Source of the DNA: the human T2T-CHM13v2.0 reference genome, Homo sapiens
NCBI RefSeq assembly: GCF_009914755.1
Contig: NC_060938.1
Length of the DNA stretch: 64,000 nt
Direction: 5' to 3' (one strand)
Below, one piece after another: positions 13,215 to 25,288 of the stretch. The translations under genes were made by a program, and so were the position numbers. The notes under the pieces were generated by a model. That model was not told the DNA's origin. It ran no database searches and saw only the letters and a list, made by a program, of their open reading frames with translations. The first letter of the stretch is position 1. Each line of letters starts with the position of its first letter.

Positions 13215-15068
13215 ACTACTTAACCTAATAGCAGGACCCCAGAAAGCAAAATATATATTTCCCCACCTCCTCCCCTTCCCCGCTAGGGAGAGGGGAAAAA
13301 AAAAAATCAAACATATTTCCAAATAAGTTACTGAAATCATGTGGTCAAACATTTAAATAAAAATATACATAAGATGGTCCAAGGTACAACTGGAACTGTC
13401 AAGCAGGATTAACTCAAAGGATAATGTCTTATGAACTGTATGACAACATATATAACAGTTTTCAGTTAAGAGCTGGCTTGCCGGCAAATACCTTAATTAA
13501 AGATCTCATACAACTTCATCGTTTTCTCCCTTTTTAAGATGTGAAAAATAAAACAAGGAACCACAGCACTACTTAGTACCTAGGGACACAGTAAAAGTTC
13601 CTAGCAGGAAAAATGTCTCCCCGTTCTTGTGTCAATAAACAGATGGCACAATTTTGGAATTACAGAAATTAATGTAGCATATCTCCCAACACTTAAGTGA
13701 GAAAATACAATATCTCTGAAGTCTTTCTTGTAATTACAATCCTTCATTCACAAATTACTGTCTTATTACAACTTATTATAACAATAACATATATTACTCC
13801 TCTCAAAAAAAGCATTATCTATCCAAAAGCTGACTGATATGCAAAATATAGTAACAATAACAAATGTAAATTTCCATTTGTTATTAAAACTGTGGCATTC
13901 AAATTGTAAGCCACAAAAACTGCTGAATCTTACGCAGAAAAAGGATACCATTTTCACTTATGGAGAAGTTCCCTATTGTGGATTACAGTCTTCTCAATTA
14001 TTACACTTTTGTTACTCAATGTGAAACACAAGCACACACACAAAAAAGGGGTCTTTCTTTCCTTTTTCTTATCCGTTTTCATTTCTTTCACACAAGGAGA
14101 TGCTTTATACGTGTCATTGTTTTGTAGCCTAATTAGAGTTTTCCTATTCTATTATCTCAAACTTTTATCACAGCTTCTTACAACGGACTTCACGAAATTA
14201 AATTTTAAGGTTTAGATACTGTAAACGCTCGAGGAAAGACATTAGTATTCTCACTATTACATATTAAGGATTCTCTAGCTTGCAGTTAGGTGATTTTATA
14301 ATACATGTAAATGCATATAATACACTTAAGGTGCATTATATACATGAAACGAAGTGTTCGTTTTATTTTATAAACTTTTTTTATTTTATAATACACGTAA
14401 ATGCCTCGAGTGTATTATTATGTATTACATGAAATAAAGTGTTCACTTGAATTTTGCCTCCCTTCAGTCTATCTCTCTTCAGTCGAAAGAGATAAGTAGG
14501 CCTTTATTGTCCAAAAAAAAAAAAATTGTCCCAGCCTTTTCAAATGTCAGGTTAAACTGGCAGTCCTATGAATGCCACCTGCAACCTTACTAATGGAATA
14601 ATTACTCAAAACGAGAAGCCCCCAAGAGTCCCGATCTCAAGTGGCTTCCTCCTATTATTCCCGCGAGGACCCCAGCGACAAGACTCGCCCAACCTGAGGC
14701 TCCTGGCTCTCTTTCCTCGTCCTGAGTCAGCCCTTCCCACTACTCATCCGGAGTAGACATCTTCCAACACCCGAACCTTCCAGACTTTCCCTCTTGCCCC
14801 CACAAACAAAAGCAACCCTCCTCCCTTGGGACACCCGGCTTCCCCTCTCTGCCGACCGGCCGCCCAGCCCACCTCGGCCCCAAGCACCCCTCCCCCATTT
14901 CACGCTCCGCCCGCGCTGACACGGAGCTGCCACCCCAACCCTTCTGTTTCGCACCTCTCTCCCGAGGGCTCCTCCTGGGCAGCCAGCAAACGCCCGCTCC
15001 TCGGCCCGCCCACCCAGCTGCCTGCAAACCCCGGGCCTGCCACTCCCTGTAGAGCCGCCGGGGCCCAC

Positions 15069-15095
15069 CTCGAAGAGCTCGGCCGTGGTAGCCAT
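15069..15095 (-). CDS. EXOC5: Exocyst complex component 5 (Sec10), coding part of exon 1; intron 1 runs off the left edge of the window
   Basis: MATTAELFE is the recognised EXOC5 N-terminus; GGGATGG Kozak context; donor GAG|GTGGGC at 15068. Confidence 0.93.
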
Positions 15096-15761
15096 CCCGG
15101 CCGGCTGAGAGGCTCGCCCCCCACTGGATGCCGTCTCCGCTTCACATGCTGCGCCTCAGAGGCGCGGCGCACAGGTCTCCGCTCGGCTCGCCAGCTCCGG
15201 CTCCGGGCCGCTGCGGGCTCCCCAGCTCCCCACAGATCCCAGGAGGGGCGGGAGAGCGGCCATGAAGCGAAGCCGCAAACGCTTGTCAGCTGCCTCCCGG
15301 CGCCGCCCGCGCTGCTCCCATTGTCACCGCCTCATACGCCGGAAGTGGAACTGCGCGCGCCAGGGAGGTTGTCGGGAGGGGCCGGCGAATAAAACGAGCG
15401 GCGAAAGAACCGAAAAAAGGCTCGACGCTACCGTGTATGAGGAACTTTGATCCTTGCGGGCCACCATTCCGGAAGTAGAATTTAGAGGAAGAAAATACCG
15501 GAGTTGCAGGGTATAGGTAAATTTCTCAAGGTTATAGGTTGGGGTTCTTAGAACTTTTTGTGGTGTGTGTTGGCCTAGAGCGACTCAGAAGCGTTAGTGA
15601 CTTCACCTAAAAAAGCTAACCTCTCTGCTGAGCGCGACCGGTATGCGGCGCAGGATGAGCCTCAGGGCTTCTGTTAAGAGTCTGTCTGAGAAAGCCGGTC
15701 TGCGCTGTTCCTCGGTGGCGACCTTAATTATGAGATGAGCTAATGCTTTACTGACTTAACC

Positions 15762-15835
15762 ATGGCGCAGCGGGCAGTGTGGCTCATAAGCCACGAACCG
15801 GGAACTCCACTTTGTGGCACCGTGAGATTCTCCAG
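15762..15835 (+). CDS. AP5M1: AP-5 complex subunit mu-1, exon 1 ([24 protein letters not shown])
   Basis: Strong Kozak ACCATGG; donor AG|GTAAAT; 74 nt, phase 2. Confidence 0.95.
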
Positions 15836-16235
15836 GTAAATGCAAATCTGAATCCTCAGGGATGATGGATCAGAAGATCGATGAAGTAGCATAGTTTTGT
15901 GGTGCTTCGTGGCCCAGGTTTGCCACGAATAGCTGCGTGACCTTGGGCTAGCCAGTTAACAGACCTCTGTTTCGTCTGTTAAATGGAGATTTTAATAGTC
16001 CTACCTTACAGTGTTGTGAGAATTGAGTTGATGACTGGTACATATTATTTACGGTATATGTTTTCTATTAGTATTGTGTTTTAAAATGACCTCCGTCTGC
16101 TTAGAATTAAAATGGAGATGACTAAGGGAACGGTAGAAAATTTACTGAGCACTAAACATTTTCAGATTTTTCAACATGCATTGACAAAATCGTTCCAGAA
16201 CATTTTAACTTATTCTACTGAAAAATCCATGCTAA

Positions 16236-16554
<319 letters not shown>

Positions 16555-17179
16555 AGGCTTTTATTTTTATCTTGTTAATATGTGTCAATGGTAGAAATCA
16601 TCAGTTTACAGTTCCTAATTGTTGAAGAAAATAGAAACACAAAAAAATGTATTCACTATTTCATATATTGTGTTAAGTTGATCTGGTCCCACTATTAGAA
16701 TTTGCCCTGTGTAATCAAAATAGCTCTGTTAAGGGAATTGTACAGTAACTCATTGTAAAATGTTGGTGGCAATCGAGTGGGTCTATTTCACCTTTTATTC
16801 TCTGGCCATTGATAGTTCTTTTTTGTCACAATTCGTTCTTCCCTGAAGAAAGCTTATAGTGAAGTAGTACCATAGTAGAATTGAGATTGAGGCAGAAAAA
16901 AAAGATTTTAATTTTAAATGAAAATTGGTTGGCAATGGGGATATGAAAAATTCCTTCTTTGCAACCTTAACAGTTTTTGTTCCTGAGGGCATCAGAGTTG
17001 GAGTTTACCATTTCCCCCCAGGATTTCTGGCTGACACTAACCCCAACATTTGTTGTTGGACCTCAAATACAGGAGATTAATAATATTCTTTAGTACGTGG
17101 TTTTACCAGGCGCATCAGTCCGTACAAAGTATCTCTCATTTTACTTATATTCCCTTTGGTTACCTATTTCTAACTGCCG

Positions 17180-18500
17180 TTCCCTTCCCACTGACAGATA
17201 ACTCTTAACATCTTCGATGTTACTCTTTTTCATTGTATGCATTTTTCAAATTACATAATTAAGTGTGCTTTAGACTTCACTTCCTAATGTTACATTTGTC
17301 ACATTTCTCAACACTATTTTAAAGAAACATCCATGATACTTTGTGTTCATCTAAGGCAGCATGTCCAATAGAATTCTCTATGATGATGGAAAGGAGAAAT
17401 GTTCTTAATCTGTACTGGCTAATACTGTAGCCACTAGCCACAAGTACCTATTGAGCTTTTGAGCTGCAGCTAGCATAACTGAGGAACTCAATTGTTAATT
17501 TTGGGTAATGTTAATTGATTTTTATTTAAGTTTAAATAGCCACATGTGGGTAGTTCTACTATGTTGGACAGTGCAAATCTAGGCCATTGTTTCTTCTTGC
17601 TCTGTAGTACTCATGGTTCACATCCTACACATTTACCTGTCCCCTTTACCTAGTGATGACCTCTCCCAAATTTGCCTCCAAAGAACACTGCCAAAGTATG
17701 CATCCTCAAATCTGTCCATGGGGCATGTCTATGCCGATTTTGACTAAAGACTGCCAAATAATCTGCTCCACAGAATGCTTTCAGCCACCTACGCACTCAC
17801 TAGCAGCAAGAAGGGGTTCCCGTATCTCCATTCTTTCCTAACATGTAATTTTTGCCAATAAAGAACATCTTATTTTCGTTTGCATTTCTGTATGTAGCAA
17901 TGATTGTTAGTCCTTTAAGTTTCCTCTACTGTGAATTGCCTGTACATGTCTTGTCCTTTTTTTCTTTGAAAGTTGCTTATTTTTTCCTCTGAATTTGTAG
18001 GAGTTTGTTTTGTATTCTTGGTATTAGTCCTATGTCATTTTTAGATAGTACAGATATTTTCTTTAATTTACCATTGTCAATTAACTTTATGTTGCCCTTG
18101 GTTAAACAGAAATCACTAATTTTGATGCAATCAAACTAGTTAATTGCTTTTGGGAATTTGTTGAAGTTTTTTCTCACCCATATTTCCCAAAAATATCTTC
18201 CTACATTGTCTTCTCTTTATAATTTCATCTGCTACATTTAGGTCTTTAACCCATATGTAGTCCATCTTTGGATATGATGTTAAGTAGGAATCCCATTTCG
18301 GTTTTCTCTGTAGTGTGGGTCAGTTTTTCTGACATCATCTTTTAAGCAGTATGTCATGTCTTCATTAATTTGTGAGGCTACTGGTAGTGTTAGTTATGTC
18401 CCCTCATATAAATGTTGGTCTGTCTCAGTTCTAGTACTTTGTCTTTCTTGTACCAATACAATATCTGTTGCTTTGTAGCTTATCTTAATATTTCATAGAG
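17180..18500 (-). mobile_element. Old L1 (L1ME-like) fragment
   Basis: T-rich, highly diverged reverse-strand L1 3' text; boundaries uncertain. Confidence 0.55.
17357..17576. mobile_element. MER3-like hAT-Charlie DNA transposon fossil
   Basis: tgtccaatagaa...tagccactagccac...aaatagccacatgtgg...ttggacag; 8-bp TSD-like atctaagg / atctaggc. Confidence 0.8.
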
Positions 18501-19324
18501 GTGAACTTTTTACTGCTTAAGTAAATAAGTTTCTTAAATCCTAGTTTTCAGAATGTTTTTTCACTGTGTTCAGGATATTATTTCAGAATAAAAAGTCAGA
18601 TATGTTTGGATGGGCTTTTCAATACATTTATGGAGGTAGCAAGTTGTGTTCAAATAATTTAATTCTGTATCATTGAATGACTTAGTTAAATTTTATTATA
18701 TTTTCAGTTTTCTAACCTCTTGGGGGAGGTGTTAGAGCTACACAGATAGGCACTGACACTTTATAAGTGTCAATAAGTGGCCAATATTTAAGATTTAAGA
18801 AGGCAAATGATGTTTTCTCTATCTAAGTACTTATTTCCTATAACAAAACTTGGTTAAGATTCTGGTTTAAAGGTTTGCTTTCCAGATAATAATAGCATCA
18901 GCTTACATCTGGCTTAGGTCGGTATCATACCCCATAGTTGTAGGCCCATTTAAGCCTTGAATCCTGTTTTAGAAAAAGCATATAATAAATTAGAAATGAT
19001 AGGTTGAGTCATCCAACAAAATATTTATTGAACACATATTGGGGTGTTGTGTAAGTTCCCAGATTAACTTATCTTCACAGTCAATTGTGAAATTTTTATA
19101 CTTAAGAACTTTAATTACCCTCTGGAAAACTAGATAATAAGAGATTGGACTAGAGTTTAGTCCAGAGATCTCTACTATTCATATACAGAGATTTAGAGAA
19201 ATAAATGGCATTTACCTGCTATGCCATGCCATTACTGGTGTGCTACCTGATTCTTCCCCTTTCTTAATCAAGAAAATGCATCAGAATGTAGGTGATATTT
19301 ACCTACACATGGGTAACTGCTTTT

Positions 19325-19672
19325 GGGTTTTTTGTTTGTTTGTTTGCTTGCTTGCTTGCTTGGTGTTTTTCTTTTTGTTTGTTTGTTTTTTGAGATGGAG
19401 TCTCACTCTGTTGCCCAGGGTGGAGTGCAGTGTCACAATCTCGGCTCGGCTCGGCTCGGCTCATTGCAACCTCCACCTCCCGGGTTCAAGATTCTCCTGC
19501 CTCAGCCTCCCGAGTAGCCAGGATCACAGGCGTGCACCACCACAACCAGCTAATTTGTGTATTTTTAGTAAAGTCAGGGTTTCACCGTGTTGGCCAGGCT
19601 GGTCTCAAACTCCTGCCCTCAAGTGATCTGCCCACCTCAGCTTTCTGAAGTGCTGGATTAGCCATTGCACCT
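19325..19672 (-). mobile_element. Alu (AluS-like) with (TTTG)n/(TTGC)n tail and internal (CTCGG)4
   Basis: Reverse-complement Alu body. Confidence 0.9.
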
Positions 19673-20690
19673 AATCTACATATGGATAACTTTGAATACA
19701 TTCTTACTTATATTTTTTTAAAATATTAGTAAACATCAATATTTTTTAATAAAAAACTGTTTTAGCCAGGTATGTTTTTGACTGTTGGTAAAAACTGCTG
19801 ATTTGTTGCCACCCCTTTATTTACAAACGAGAAAATAGGCAAAGGGAAGTTAAGTGATTTACTCAAAAGTTAACAGCTGATAAATGACATTGTTCTGGAC
19901 TTTGGAGTGGAGGCAGAAGGAATGAGGAAAAGTACATATTTTGGAATTGAGAAACTGTGATCTAACAGATTTCTGTAAATAAGCAAAAGCATCTTCTGTT
20001 TCCAAGCAAAGAAAAGATAAATTAGTAACTGCTTACAGTTCAACTCAGAATATGCAAAAACATTCTGATTTTATTCTTTTTTATTATCTAAAAGTATCTT
20101 CCAGGGCCATAGAGATAAACCATTATTACTAAAATGATCTTCCATGTTTTTGTAGGGATTGGCAAGAAGACTCAGGGTACCTGTCATTCACTATAAGTTA
20201 AGTAGAATAGAACATTCCTTTTAAAATTGTACCATCTCAACTAATGAATCCAAAATTATGGAGGGTTAAATTGAACCACTTTGTTAGCCCTACTCTAGCT
20301 ACTAAGATAGAATCAGAAGAAAAAAAATTCTTATAGATGCCTAAAACGGTTCAAGTATATACTCCTTGCTGACCAAGATGGTATCTGAGTGGCTGAGAGA
20401 CACGGATTTTGAATTACAATCATGTACTCTACCTAAACTAGATAACTAAATTGAATTAAGCATTTTGAATAACAGATTATATACCAGATATGAAACAGTC
20501 ACTCTAATAGTAACTTAATGGTCATTATAATTTTTTGGTTGTTGGCTTTTGTGGATGTGTGTATATATTTGTTTCTCGTGTATTTTATTGTTATTACTGT
20601 TTGCCTTATATTTGAGAGTTTTAAAAAAATTCTTTCATCTTGATTTTACTTGGAAGAATCATTTATAATGTTTCTGTTTCCGTAATGCAG

Positions 20691-21336
20691 ACGGTATCCA
20701 ACTGTTGAAAAACGAGCCAGAGTCTTCAATGGAGCAAGTTATGTGCCTGTTCCTGAAGATGGTCCCTTTCTTAAAGCACTGCTCTTTGAACTTAGATTAT
20801 TGGATGATGATAAAGACTTCGTTGAGAGTCGTGATAGCTGTTCACGCATCAATAAAACATCCATTTATGGACTCCTGATAGGAGGTGAAGAACTCTGGCC
20901 AGTTGTTGCTTTTCTGAAGAATGACATGATATATGCTTGTGTTCCACTAGTTGAACAAACTCTGTCCCCTCGTCCGCCACTAATTAGTGTCAGTGGAGTT
21001 TCACAAGGCTTTGAATTTCTTTTTGGGATACAGGATTTTCTTTATTCAGGTCAAAAAAATGACTCTGAGCTGAATACAAAATTGAGCCAGTTGCCTGACT
21101 TGCTTCTGCAGGCTTGTCCATTTGGTACTTTATTAGATGCCAACTTACAGAATTCATTAGATAATACCAATTTTGCATCTGTGACTCAGCCACAGAAACA
21201 GCCAGCTTGGAAAACTGGGACGTACAAAGGAAAACCACAAGTTTCTATTTCTATCACTGAAAAGGTAAAATCCATGCAATATGATAAACAGGGTATAGCA
21301 GATACATGGCAAGTTGTTGGAACAGTGACTTGCAAG
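20691..21336 (+). CDS. AP5M1: AP5M1 exon 2 ([12 protein letters not shown]...VVGTVTCK)
   Basis: tgcag| acceptor, AAG|GTGAGA donor; 646 nt restores phase 0; matches ORF 20743-21471. Confidence 0.95.
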
Positions 21337-21505
21337 GTGAGATTTTTCTCTGGTACTTGCTTTATCGTTTTATTTAACATATGGAGAAAAGTTAAATTTG
21401 CTAGTTGTATTTTAAATAACATTTTTTATTTTCATCTTAAGCAGCAGTTTTTAAATGGGAGAGTCATGTAAAATTTTATGTTATCTTTTTGCATTCCTTA
21501 CCAAT

Positions 21506-22115
21506 TATATTAGTTATCTGTGGCTGTGTAAAGAATTGTCTCATTGTCCCCAAAATAGACATTTATTATTTTCATAGTTTCTGTAGGGATTAGCTTAGCT
21601 GGGAACTTTCAGGGTAGAATCACTCATGAAGTTGCAGTCAAGTTTTCAGTTGAGGCTATAGTCATCTGAAGGTCTGACTGAGGCTGGAAGATCTGCTTGC
21701 AAGATGACTCACTCACATGGCTAACAAGTTGGTCCTAGTTATTGGAGGAAGGCCTTAGTTCCTTTCCACATGGACTTCTCAACTGGCTGCTTAAGTGTCC
21801 TCACACTTGGTGACTGGCTTCCCTCAGACCAGATGATGAGAGAGGGGTGGGGGGGGGGAGAGAGAGAGGAGAGAGAGAGAGAGAGAAGAGAGAAGAGAGA
21901 GAAGAGAGAAGAGAAAAGAGAGAGGAGAGAGACAGGCAGGCAGGCAGGCAGAAGCGATTATTTTTATTACCTAGCTGGGAGGTTACACTTCCACTACTTT
22001 CTGTTCATTAGAAGCAAGTCACTAAGTGGTCCATATTCAAGGGGCGTGGAATAAGGCTCCACCTATGAAAAGAGTAATGTCAAATAACTTCAGAACATAT
22101 TTTAAAGTCACCACT
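21506..22115 (-). mobile_element. MaLR LTR (MLT1-type) with an internal GA-rich repeat
   Basis: attagttatctgtggctgtgtaa...ggctggaagatctgcttgcaagatgactcactcacatgg...aagtcactaag. Confidence 0.75.
21838..21952. repeat. Polypurine (GA)n/(GAGAA)n and (GGCA)n simple repeat
   Basis: Seen directly. Confidence 0.9.
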
Positions 22116-22741
22116 GCTGTTTTCCATTTTCTTTAGAGGGATGAAATTGACATCTCTGACATATCTAAAATCATGTTGAAGGGCTCTTATTTAAACAAGT
22201 CGTTAGGTTAATATTGGGTTCTCTGTAGAAATAGAAAACAGGAAAACACAACGTAAATAACAATACAGTTAGCAGTGATTAATGCCATGTTGAATAATGA
22301 TCAAAAATAAAATCCTCCAGGTAAACTTCCTACAAGTTTATATTAATAGTATTCTCATTTCTTTATTTTTCTATCTTCCTTTATTCCCTGCAGTTACGTA
22401 TACTTTTTATATGTCAAATTTAATGTTGTGTGGCTATGTATAAATATTATAGAATAAAACTAGAGTTCAAGAGCAGAGAATTAGAACAGTCCTGACAGAA
22501 AAATTGGGTCTGTCTTTTTTTTTTAATCCTGTTTAACGTTAAAGTTACCTAAAAGTTTTTGTGTCTATTTTAAACTCATATCTATCATGGTCAAAAATAT
22601 ACTCCAGTTACTCACTTTATTAGAAATAACTATTGTAAATGGCTCCAAAATTGAGGTGTTCATGGATTATGTCATTCTTAAGTTTTAAAGTAGTTAAATC
22701 TTTTTTCTCCTAAGTTCAATGAAATGAAAATAGAAAAATAT

Positions 22742-23033
22742 GGCCTGGCGCAGTGGCTCACTCCTGTAATCCCAGCACTTTCAGAGGCCAAGGCGGGCGA
22801 ATCACTTGAGGCCAGGAGTTTGAGACCAGCCTGGCCAACATGGCGAAACCCTGTCTCTACTAAAAATACAAAAATTAGCCAGGCATGTTGGAGCATGCCT
22901 GTAATCCCAGCTATTCAGGAGGCTGAGGCATGAGACTCGCTTGAACTGGGAGGCAGAGGCTGCAGTGAGCCACAATCATGACACTGCACTCCAGCCTGGG
23001 TAACAGAGCTATACTCTGTCTTAAAAAAAAAGA
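22742..23033 (+). mobile_element. Alu (AluS-like)
   Basis: Full dimer; TSD-like aaaatagaaaaat / aaaataggaaaat. Confidence 0.93.
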
Positions 23034-25288
23034 AAATAGGAAAATTCACCAATTCTGTTTTTTTTTTTTTTTTCATTCTGTAGCAATAAACAGGGAATAT
23101 GTTATTTATTATATAAGCTAATTAATATCATGGCATTTAATGTCTCTGTTCATCGATAGGCTGACTCCAGTTTACTCTTAGGAGAATTTCAGATTGGTTC
23201 CTACTCTTAGTCCTGATACAGATTATCATGATGGACAACTTCCTTATTTAAAAAATGTTTTTAAGTGGGGAGAAAATGGGGCTATACCTTAACCTACATA
23301 CTAAATGTTTCTTTAAGGTTGTATGTACATAGTATAACTGTTAGCCAAACATTCTTTAAGTACTTCAGAAAGTTACTGTTTAAAGGAATTGTATTGTGAA
23401 GCCCATTATAAATGGAAATAATCATCTTCATTTTATCCTACTCGGTAGAAAACCAGAGCCAAAGGCCAGTGGTCCAAAGTTCTAGACCTCACTCTACCAC
23501 TAATTTTCTGTATGTCTTTAGAAAGTTACACAATTTTGTGAATCTTTTCTCATTTTTAAAATGAGATAAACTCTTAGGTGCCTTTTTTTTTTTTTTAAAT
23601 AACTTTTACTTCTAAAGTTGGGTTACATATGCCAGATTGGTTTAAAGGTAGTACACCAATTCCTTCTAGAATGGATGTTCTCAACCTATAGTAAATAACT
23701 GATGATCCGGCATTTTAAGTGTGCAGATAGATTCATCGGCAGGTTCCATGATGGTTGATCTTTCTCTGACCCTTTACGAATGTTAAGAGATTAATTTGCT
23801 AAGTATAAACTGAATATTATTAAATTTTAATGGTATTTACTATTGATGTTTGCTTATTTTGTCTCCATAAATATCTATCAAAAGCAAAACTACTTTTCAT
23901 TTATTCTTATTAGTTCACATATAGAAAATAGCAGATGGTTTAAAAGTTGAAACCCTAAAATTTTTTTTAAGTTTTAAAGTAAGATTATTTGGCATATTTA
24001 TTATTAATGTGACTGACATTATTGTAATTGTCACTGACAGACCTTATAAAGGCACTAATTGTATATACTACTCTTCGTAATGCCTGCCTGCTCTGTAAGT
24101 ACTTACATTGTAAAGCAGATACATAATGAATTCCCACACATGTCAAATAGTAGGTAAAACATTAAAAGTGAAACATTTCACATTAGAAATTGAAAACAAA
24201 AGTAGGTTTATAATTAGAAAAAGATAGCCACTCAGCAAACATTTTTTATTATTGTTTTCTACGCATAGAAATGTGTCAGGCACTAGAGATACTAAGAAAA
24301 ATGTAACGATTCTTGCTTTCAAAGAATTTAAAGCTTGAAAAGAGAAATGGACCAGATACCTGTAGATAGTGGACAGTTAATGCGTGGTGCAATCTAATAT
24401 ATGATAGTGCATTAGGAGCTAAGTGTTATGCTTTGAGAGTTCACTAACTCTTAAAATATTTCTGCTGAAACAGAAGATATCAATAATTCTTATGGGGCCC
24501 AGTTGGTCAGTTTGATCCAGGCTTTAATAGAGGTGAATTTCAAGATAGAGGTACAAAGACCCTGACTACCTACACAAATACAAGTAAAGTATATCAGTCT
24601 GGTTGGGCCAGAAGAAGCCCAACCAGATTTATGGGAATAAAGATGTCTAATATAGAAATTAGGGCTTATTCAAGAAGCACTGAGGAAATAAGTCTTTGAT
24701 CCTCTAGCCGTAGCCTTTCGGAAACAGTCACTAAAGACTTCAGTCTGGAGACTGGAGGAGATAGACAAATCAAAAGTTCACAAAGAAGTCTGAGAAACTG
24801 CCATATCTGTCTGTTATGACCTCACAGTGGAAATTCAAGGAAAGGTCCGCAGAAGTGCAGCATCTGGCCACTTTGGCCTTAAAGTAGGAGCTCAAGGACA
24901 GGTTTGAGAGGCTGTCCTGTCTGGCTTCAAAGAACTTTCAAGAAAAATTACTTCCTTTTTTCTTTTCCCTTGTGAATCTCTCATGAGTACCTCTCATTGG
25001 CAAACTAACCCAGACTACATAGGGAAGAAGATCCTGGGCTTCTCTACATAGCAAAGGTAGGCTGTAGAGGTGATACAGAATGTAAGGCTTCACACATAGC
25101 ATCTAATGAGCTAAGACATGAAGAATGAAAGCATTTACAGGGAGAAAAGAACATTGCAGCTGCAAGGAATAGCACATGCAAAGGTGCATTTGGAGGTATA
25201 AGACAGTATGATTTATTTAGGGAAATGCAAGAATCCAATATGACTACGTGTAAGTTGCAGGGTAGAAAATTTTTAAGCAGGTAGATGA

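Larger units (their letters stand above)
14620..15835. promoter_or_regulatory. CpG island and bidirectional promoter shared by EXOC5 (-) and AP5M1 (+)
   Basis: Abrupt GC/CpG enrichment; divergent start codons 667 bp apart; ETS/GABPA motifs CCGGAAGTG (15339-15347) and CCGGAAGT (15469-15476); NRF1-like TGCGCGCGC at 15352. Confidence 0.92.

Noticed and set aside
14727-15068. 122-aa ORF continuing after MATTAELFE
   Set aside because: Read-through past the EXOC5 exon 1 donor into GC-rich, stop-poor intron; not EXOC5 sequence
14826-15450. 188-aa, 90-aa and 62-aa ORFs in the CpG island
   Set aside because: Low-complexity Pro/Arg/Ala/Gly composition expected from GC-rich DNA; mostly non-ATG starts; no recognisable domain
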